NCBI GenBank assembly: GCA_963728875.1
Contig: CAVSLJ010000002.1
Location: 461,821-525,820 of the forward strand
DNA length: 64,000 bases
Direction of reading: 5' to 3'
Source: an uncultured Solirubrobacterales bacterium
Lineage (GTDB): Bacteria > Actinomycetota > Thermoleophilia > Solirubrobacterales > 70-9
The notes beneath the pieces are model-generated. The model made no database searches, was not told the origin of the DNA, and worked only from the letters and a program-made list of their open reading frames with translations. This document shows positions 58,256-64,000 of the stretch, piece after piece. The stretch's first letter is position 1, and every line of letters begins with the position of its first letter. The position numbers and the translations under genes are program-made.

Positions 58256-58642
58256 ATGGCCCAGCAAGAGCATCCGCAGGCAGGCGAGTCTCTGTATTCG
58301 CTCTACAGGCGGGGTATGGAGCTGCTCGAGGACGGCGACTTCGAGGAGGCGACGGTGCCCCTGAAGGAGGCCGCGCGCCAGGCGCCCGAGAAGAGCTCGG
58401 TGCGCGAGGCGCTCGGCCGCGCGCTGTTCCGCACACGCCACTACGCCGAGGCGGCGACCGAGTTCGAGGCGGTCGTCGAGACCCATCCCGTCAACGACTA
58501 CGCGCACTTCTGCCTGGGTCGCGCGCTCAGCAAGACCGGAGAAACCGGGCGCGCTCGCCATCACCTGGCGCTGGCCTCGAACCTGCGCCCCGAGCGCCGC
58601 GACTACCGGATCTACAGAGAGCGCCTCGCTGCCAGCATCTAG
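58256..58642 (+). CDS. Tetratricopeptide-repeat protein
   Basis: TPR-like helical pairs (YRRGMELLEDGDFEEA..., ALGRALFRTRHYAEAATEFEAVV..., HFCLGRALSKTGETGRARHHL). Confidence 0.6.
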   Translation: MAQQEHPQAGESLYSLYRRGMELLEDGDFEEATVPLKEAARQAPEKSSVREALGRALFRTRHYAEAATEFEAVVETHPVNDYAHFCLGRALSKTGETGRARHHLALASNLRPERRDYRIYRERLAASI

Positions 58643-58651
58643 CGGCGATCA

Positions 58652-59524
58652 ATGACCGAGATCCGCCTGATCGTCGTTCCCTACGAGATCGGAGCGATCC
58701 GGATGGGAGTGGGGCGCGGGCCGGAGCGGTTGCTCGAGGCCGGAGCCGAGGAGGCGCTCGTAAGCCGTGGAGCCTCCGTCCAGGTGGAGCTCATAGAGCT
58801 CCGCGAGCACGAGCGGGATGCAAGCGGCGCCAGCGAGGCCGGGGCCGGCTTCGAGCTGATCCGGCTGGTGGCCGCCCGCGCTCGGGAGGGGATCGCCGAA
58901 GGTGCGTTTCCGGTACTGCTCTCCGGCAGCTGCTTCGCCGGGCTTGGAATGGTCGCGGCCATGGATGAGTCGTCGCCCGGGGTCGTTTGGTTCGACGCCC
59001 ACGGTGACTTCAACACCCCGGAGTCCACCGTTGACGGGTACTTCGACGGAATGCCGCTGGCGATCCTGACGGGCGGCGCCTGGCGGACGATCGTCTCCCA
59101 GGGAGAGGTCCGGACCGTTCCCGAGTCCTCCGTCGTGCTCGCGGGCGCGCGTGACTTCGATCCACTGGAGCAGCTGCGGCTGGACTCATCGGCCGTCAGG
59201 CATCTGCCGCCCGCGGAGATCGACGCCGACGATGCCGTGGCCCGAGCCGTGAACGCGGCTCAGCCGTCGCCGACCGGTGTGTACCTGCACCTGGACCTGG
59301 ACGTTCTCGACTCCGATGAGGCCAGGGTCAACATCTACAGCGTGTCCGCCGGGCTCAGCGCAGGCCGGCTCGAGACGCAGGTCCGCTCGCTGCTGGACGC
59401 GTGCCCGGTTCGGGCCGTCTCCCTGACCGCCTACGACCCGGAGGTGGACTCCGATGGGCGGGTGCCGCCGATCGCCATGCGCCTTCTCGAGACCGTGGCC
59501 GACCGCCTCTCCCGAGAGCCTTGA
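58652..59524 (+). CDS. Arginase/agmatinase/formiminoglutamase-family hydrolase
   Basis: Mn-ligand motifs ([28 protein letters not shown]). Confidence 0.75.
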   Translation: MTEIRLIVVPYEIGAIRMGVGRGPERLLEAGAEEALVSRGASVQVELIELREHERDASGASEAGAGFELIRLVAARAREGIAEGAFPVLLSGSCFAGLGMVAAMDESSPGVVWFDAHGDFNTPESTVDGYFDGMPLAILTGGAWRTIVSQGEVRTVPESSVVLAGARDFDPLEQLRLDSSAVRHLPPAEIDADDAVARAVNAAQPSPTGVYLHLDLDVLDSDEARVNIYSVSAGLSAGRLETQVRSLLDACPVRAVSLTAYDPEVDSDGRVPPIAMRLLETVADRLSREP

Positions 59525-59937
59525 GGGCCCTGGTCCAGCGCGTCAGCCAAGCGGCGGTCGACGTGGAGGGGGAGAGGGTGGCTCAGATCGGCCCGGGAAT
59601 GCTGGTGCTGCTGGGCGTCTCTCGCGACGACACGGAGGCCCAGGCCGACCGGCTCGCGGAGAAGGTGCGCGCGCTGCGGATCTTCGACGACGCCGACGGC
59701 AGGATGAACGAGCCGCTCGGCGACCGCGAGATCCTCTGCGTCAGCCAATTCACCCTCTACGGGGACACGAAGAAGGGGACCCGCCCCAGCTACATCCAGG
59801 CCGCGCCGGGCGATCAGGCCGAGCCGCTCTACGATCGCTTCTGCGAGCGGGCGCGCGCGAAGAAGGGCGTCTTCGGTGCCTGCATGGGCGTCGCGCTTGT
59901 CAATGATGGGCCGGTCACGGTCATGCTCGAGGCTTGA
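59521..59937 (+). CDS. dtd: D-aminoacyl-tRNA deacylase
   Basis: The TTG overlaps the upstream TGA (TTGA). Sequence: [10 protein letters not shown]...[10 protein letters not shown]...[16 protein letters not shown]...NDGPVT. Confidence 0.88.
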   Translation: MRALVQRVSQAAVDVEGERVAQIGPGMLVLLGVSRDDTEAQADRLAEKVRALRIFDDADGRMNEPLGDREILCVSQFTLYGDTKKGTRPSYIQAAPGDQAEPLYDRFCERARAKKGVFGACMGVALVNDGPVTVMLEA

Positions 59938-59946
59938 GAGCCTCCG

Positions 59947-60828
59947 CTAGCGCTTGCGAAGCTTGACCTTCAGGGACTGCGTGAGGGGATCCCCGCCCGA
60001 CGGGGTGAAGGTGATCTGAGGCCTGACCTTGACCTTGCCGGTCTGTGCGAGGCGCCTCCGCTTCTTTCCCCTGGCCTTGATCCGAAGCAATACGGTGCCC
60101 GGCCCGGCGACGACCGTAGGGGCGCCGGCGCTCTTCACGGCATTGCCGGAGAGATCGAGCTCGCCGGGGTTGGGCACGTTGACCGGAAGCGATGCGCTTC
60201 CCCTCCTGGTGTTCCGGCTGATCTTCCCGAAGGTGAACTTGCTGGTCGGGGTGATCACGGCGGCTGCGTTGACCCGGAAGAAGGGTGTGGTGGTGCCGAA
60301 ATCTCCGGCCTGACCATCGGCGAGATCGCCTTGCCGAGTGAGCGCCGTCTCCCCGGGCACGGAGAAGTTGCAGGCATCGTCGCCGGGGTTGGTTCCGGAG
60401 TTCAGCCCCAGGATGTCGCCCGGCTTGGCGAGTACGTCGGCGGCGAACGTGTTGAGGACTCCGGGTGTCAGGTCATGAGGTACGTCGTGCGCGACGGCTT
60501 GATAGGTCGGCCCGGCGACCTGACGGAAGAGCTTCATCGTGTAGGTCTGGCCGGTATCCGTCGATGCGTAGGTGCTCCAGGACGTCACGGTCCACGAGGC
60601 GACGCCGTTCACGCTCGGCACGACATAGGGATTCCCTGACGTCACCGTCGGCTGTGTGGTGTCCCTCTGCGTGCTGCAGGCCCCCATCGGCGTCGACGCC
60701 GGCAGCTGCCCGATCGTCATCGTTGCCGCTCTCACGGCCGAGGCACCCACGGCGAGCCCAAGCACCGCCAGGATCGTCGCCAGGGCGAGCCGCCTGACCG
60801 GTCGCCCCTGTCGTTTGCACCGGGACAA
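59947..60828 (-). CDS. Hypothetical secreted protein with K/R-rich C-terminal beta-module
   Basis: TTG start and signal peptide (LALATILAVLGLAVGASAVRA). No recognised domain. The C-terminal 95 aa or so resemble the tail of the cupredoxin protein at 32368..33051. Confidence 0.5.
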   Translation of the reverse strand: MSRCKRQGRPVRRLALATILAVLGLAVGASAVRAATMTIGQLPASTPMGACSTQRDTTQPTVTSGNPYVVPSVNGVASWTVTSWSTYASTDTGQTYTMKLFRQVAGPTYQAVAHDVPHDLTPGVLNTFAADVLAKPGDILGLNSGTNPGDDACNFSVPGETALTRQGDLADGQAGDFGTTTPFFRVNAAAVITPTSKFTFGKISRNTRRGSASLPVNVPNPGELDLSGNAVKSAGAPTVVAGPGTVLLRIKARGKKRRRLAQTGKVKVRPQITFTPSGGDPLTQSLKVKLRKR

Positions 60829-60861
60829 GATGCCGCAATCCTACGGGGTGCAAAAGCCGCA

Positions 60862-60889
60862 TTGCGCGTGCGTGAGGCGGGGCTATACT
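60862..60889 (+). promoter_or_regulatory. Candidate promoter of the rimP-nusA-infB operon (TTGCGC, 16 nt spacer, TATACT)
   Basis: By-eye sigma-70-like match about 75 nt before the rimP ATG. Confidence 0.3.
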
Positions 60890-60926
60890 CGCCTCGGAAC
60901 CTTTTTTCGCACCTGACCGCGTGTTG

Positions 60927-60954
60927 AAAGGTGGGCGAGCGCCCGCCTTTTTTT
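60927..60954 (+). terminator. Intrinsic terminator/attenuator in the rimP leader
   Basis: AAAGGUGGGCG-AGC-CGCCCGCCUUU stem followed by a run of seven U that ends 10 nt before ATG 60965. Confidence 0.55.
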
Positions 60955-60964
60955 GGGCCTTCAA

Positions 60965-61405
60965 ATGGACACAGAACTCCAGCAAATCCAGCAGAACATC
61001 GAGACCCGGCTCCAGGAACAGGAGCCGGACGTCGAGCTGCTCGCGCTCGAGCGGCCCGCCACCGAGCGGCTGCGGCTGGTGATCGACAGCCCGGACGGCG
61101 TCGACATCGCCCTCTGCGAGCGGGTCACGGGAGTGCTCCGCGATCTGCTCGAGGACTGGTCGCTGGAGGTCTCATCGCCCGGGCCCGAGCGGCCACTGAC
61201 CAAGCCCGAGCATTTCCGCCGCTTCCTCGGCAACCGGATCCGAGTGAAGACGAGCGATGAGATCGCGGGTCGGCACAGCTTCACAGGCACCCTGACCGCC
61301 GCGGATGACGAGCGAGTCAACGTCGAGGCCCCGGACGGCGCGGTCACCATTCCATTGCAGAGCGTCCGCCGTTCAAATCTTGTCCCTGAGGAGGAGGTCG
61401 CATGA
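60965..61405 (+). CDS. rimP: Ribosome maturation factor RimP
   Basis: LEVSSPGPERPL motif. The gene lies directly upstream of nusA with a 4-nt overlap. Confidence 0.85.
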   Translation: MDTELQQIQQNIETRLQEQEPDVELLALERPATERLRLVIDSPDGVDIALCERVTGVLRDLLEDWSLEVSSPGPERPLTKPEHFRRFLGNRIRVKTSDEIAGRHSFTGTLTAADDERVNVEAPDGAVTIPLQSVRRSNLVPEEEVA

Positions 61406-63180
61406 CCCAGGAGATCGTCGATGCCGTCAAGATGCTCGAGCAGGAGAAGGGAATCGCGGCTGACACCCTGATGGACGCCCTTCAGGACGCGCTGCTCTCC
61501 GCCTACAAGAAGACCCCCGGCGCCGCCAAGTACGCCAAGGTCGAGCTCGACCACGGAAGCGCCGACTTCCGCGTCTACGAGCTGATCGTTCCGGAGGACC
61601 TCGAGAAGAGGTTGCTCGACGAGCAGTTCGAGGAGCAGCTCCAGGCCGCCGAGGCGGCCGAGGCCGCCGGCGAGCCGGTGCCGGAGATCCAGACGGCCGG
61701 CCCTTCGATCGACCCCGAGACGGGCGAGCGTCGGGAGCCCGAGGAGGAGGAGCTCGAGCCCGAGCGCCTCGAGCCCTACATGGACCAGATCAAGACACAG
61801 GACGTCACTCCCGATGACTTCGGCCGCATCGCCGCCCAGACGGCCAAGCAGGTGATCCTCCAGCGGATTCGCGAGGCCGAGCGGGGCATGATGTTCGAGG
61901 AGTACAAGGACCGCGTCGGCGAGCTGGTGACCGGGATCATCCAGCAGTCCGACAACCGCTACACGCTGGTTCAGCTCCGCGAGCGAGTCGAGGCTCTCCT
62001 GCCGCGCTCCGAGCAGGTCTACAACGAGCGCTACGACCACGGCATGCGCGTCAAGGCCGTGATCACCGACGTCTCGGCCGACACCAAGGGACCGAGCATC
62101 GTCGTCTCGCGCCGCAACCCGGAACTGATCAAGAAGCTCTTCGAGCTCGAGGTCCCCGAGATCGCCGACAAGCTGGTCGAGATCACCGGCGTCGCCCGCG
62201 AGCCGGGCTGGCGCTCGAAGATCGCCGTCGTCTCGCACGCCGACGGTGTCGACCCGGTGGGCGCCTGCGTCGGGCCGCGAGGCTCGCGCGTCCGCATGGT
62301 CGTCTCCGAGCTCCGCGGCGAGAAAATCGACATCATTCCCTACAACGAGGAGCCCGCCCGCTTCGTCGCGAAGGCGCTCTCCCCGGCCCGCGTCCGCGAG
62401 GTGCTCGTCGACGACGAGACCAAGGAGGCGACGGTGATCGTCCCCGACGACCAGCTGTCGCTGGCGATCGGGCGCGACGGCCAGAACGCTCGCCTCGCCG
62501 CGCGTCTGACCGGCTGGAAGGTGGACATCACCTCCGAGACGGACTTCGCGCAGCAGGAGGAGGACATCGAGTACGAGGGCGAGGAGGCCGCGGACGGCCG
62601 CTGCATGGCCGTGATGACCACCGGGCGCCGCTGCCCGAACGCCGCCCTGCAGGGCTCCCAGTTCTGCGGCCTGCCGCAGCACCAGGCGCTCGCCCGCTTC
62701 AGCACCAACCAGGTCGCGGTGCTGAGCCCGCTGAGCGACGAGGAGGTCGCGACGCTGGCCGCCGGCGACGACGACGGTCAGATCAAGACGATCGTCGAGA
62801 AGGCCGAGAGCCAGTTCGACGAGAGCGCCGAGCCTGAGGCCGAGGAGGAGGAGGCTCCCGCTGAGGAGACGCCCGCCGAGGAGGAGGCCCCCGCCGAGAA
62901 GGATGCTCCTGCCGAGGAGGAAGCCCCGGCAGAGGAGGAGCCCGCCGCCGAGGCCGAGGAGCAGACCGTTCCCAAGGAGGGCGACGACGCCGAGGGCCCG
63001 GAGCAGAACCTCGAGCCCGAGTCCGATGACGAGAACGAGCGCGGCGAGTCCGCGGAGGGTTCGGAGGACGGCGGCGAGCCCGCCGCCGAGGAGTCCGAGG
63101 AGTCCGAGGAGTCCGAAACGGTCACGCAGACGGCGGCCACGAACACCGCCGCCGGATCAGAGGAGCCGAAGAGCGAGTAG
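61402..63180 (+). CDS. nusA: Transcription termination/antitermination factor NusA with Cys-rich insert and acidic C-terminal tail
   Basis: NTD, S1 domain (VTGIIQQSDNRYTLVQL), and KH1/KH2 (GACVGPRGSRVRMVVSEL, LSLAIGRDGQNARLAARLTGWKVDI), followed by an E/A/P-rich tail of about 190 aa. Confidence 0.92.
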   Translation: MTQEIVDAVKMLEQEKGIAADTLMDALQDALLSAYKKTPGAAKYAKVELDHGSADFRVYELIVPEDLEKRLLDEQFEEQLQAAEAAEAAGEPVPEIQTAGPSIDPETGERREPEEEELEPERLEPYMDQIKTQDVTPDDFGRIAAQTAKQVILQRIREAERGMMFEEYKDRVGELVTGIIQQSDNRYTLVQLRERVEALLPRSEQVYNERYDHGMRVKAVITDVSADTKGPSIVVSRRNPELIKKLFELEVPEIADKLVEITGVAREPGWRSKIAVVSHADGVDPVGACVGPRGSRVRMVVSELRGEKIDIIPYNEEPARFVAKALSPARVREVLVDDETKEATVIVPDDQLSLAIGRDGQNARLAARLTGWKVDITSETDFAQQEEDIEYEGEEAADGRCMAVMTTGRRCPNAALQGSQFCGLPQHQALARFSTNQVAVLSPLSDEEVATLAAGDDDGQIKTIVEKAESQFDESAEPEAEEEEAPAEETPAEEEAPAEKDAPAEEEAPAEEEPAAEAEEQTVPKEGDDAEGPEQNLEPESDDENERGESAEGSEDGGEPAAEESEESEESETVTQTAATNTAAGSEEPKSE

Positions 63181-64000
63181 TGGCGAAGAAGCGCGTACAT
63201 GAGATCGCCAAGGCCCAGGGCCTGACCAGCAAGGAGCTGCTCGCCAAGCTCAAGGCCGCCGGGGTCGAGGCCAAGGCCGCCCAGTCGAGCGTCGAGGAGT
63301 CCGATGCCCTCGCGGCTTTGAAGGGTTCCGGGGACGGCGGCTCCGCCACGGCGACCGCAACCAAGGCGAAGGCGCCGGCGAAGCCGGCCAAGAAGGCACC
63401 GGCACCGAAGGCCGACGGAGGCTCCACCGGTACGAAGTCGTCGCCCGCAAAGCCCGCCGACGGATCCACCGGCGGGGATGGAGCGTCCGCGCCTTCCAAG
63501 AAGGGCCCCGCAAAGAAGCGCCGTCGCGTCGTCATCGACTCTCAGGCAGCCCGTCGCGACCACATCGCCAAGACCCAGCCACCGCCGCGACCGCCACGCC
63601 GCCGCGGCGGCCGCCGCCGCCGCCCGCTGCTGGAGGAGCCCAGCGACAAGGAACTGAAGCAGCCAGAGGAGCAGCCGGCGATCAAGGTCAATTCCGGCGC
63701 CACCGTCCGCGAGGTCGCCGAGAGCCTGGGGCTGTCCGCGGCAGAGGTGATCAAGGCGCTGATGAAGGAGGGAGAGATGGCGACTCTCACCCAGACGCTC
63801 ACGGACGAGTCCGTCGAATCGATCGCCAAGCAGTTCGACCGCGAGATCGAGATAGTCACCACCGCCGACGAGGAGGTCGAGGCCCCGGTCGTCGAGGAGG
63901 ACGACGAGGGCGACCTCGCCGCCCGCCCGCCGGTCATCACCGTGATGGGCCACGTCGATCACGGCAAGACCTCCCTGCTCGACGCGATCCGCCAGACGCA
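63180..64000 (+). CDS. infB: Translation initiation factor IF-2 (3' end outside window)
   Basis: The GTG overlaps the nusA TAG by 1 nt. Sequence VAKKRVHEIAKAQGLTSKELLAKLKAAG, a basic/Pro-rich linker, then the start of the G domain (PPVITVMGHVDHGKTSLLDAIRQT). The frame stays open to the window end. Confidence 0.92.
   Translation, partial: MAKKRVHEIAKAQGLTSKELLAKLKAAGVEAKAAQSSVEESDALAALKGSGDGGSATATATKAKAPAKPAKKAPAPKADGGSTGTKSSPAKPADGSTGGDGASAPSKKGPAKKRRRVVIDSQAARRDHIAKTQPPPRPPRRRGGRRRRPLLEEPSDKELKQPEEQPAIKVNSGATVREVAESLGLSAAEVIKALMKEGEMATLTQTLTDESVESIAKQFDREIEIVTTADEEVEAPVVEEDDEGDLAARPPVITVMGHVDHGKTSLLDAIRQT

Noticed and set aside
60961-62682. 573-aa minus-strand ORF
   Set aside because: It is antisense to rimP and nusA, and is a GC-rich artefact.

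Overview
This is a very GC-rich, gene-dense chromosomal segment of actinobacterial type. That assignment rests on mihF-gmk-rpoZ-coaBC, pdxST-yebC-ruvCAB, rimP-nusA-infB and a pyrR-led pyrimidine operon, and is inference only. Most of the window is housekeeping: glutamate decarboxylase, PLP synthase, RuvABC, SecDF, RecJ, Rel, a pyr/car operon, RNase Z, one tRNA-Arg, NusA and IF-2. There is also a SAM-I riboswitch in front of a threonine-synthase-like gene plus a MoaD/ThiS-like gene.

The stand-out region is about 10.8-20.0 kb. There the normally contiguous pdxST / yebC / ruvCAB backbone is split twice by ten extra genes, and nine of them encode signal-peptide proteins. These are two glycine-rich paralogues, six stand-alone proprotein-convertase P-domain paralogues, and a protein of three Cys-bracketed repeats. 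All nine carry lysine runs, either directly after the predicted signal-peptide cleavage site (AxA-KKKK...) or at the extreme C-terminus (KKCKKKKKK). I know of no described sorting or anchoring system with this signature, so it is my best candidate for something new.

Other points worth a second look:
- Two genes have conserved N-termini with no ATG/GTG/TTG start. One of them lies in frame directly behind the pyrC TGA stop.
- A DUF559 gene is bracketed by 37-bp hairpin direct repeats that show a compensatory base change.
- A family of short intergenic repeats is present.
- An intrinsic terminator sits in the rimP-nusA-infB leader.

All protein-family calls come from reading motifs by eye. No database search, HMM, folding or GC computation was possible. 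Many long ORFs in the track are antisense or alternative-frame artefacts of the high GC content and were not annotated.
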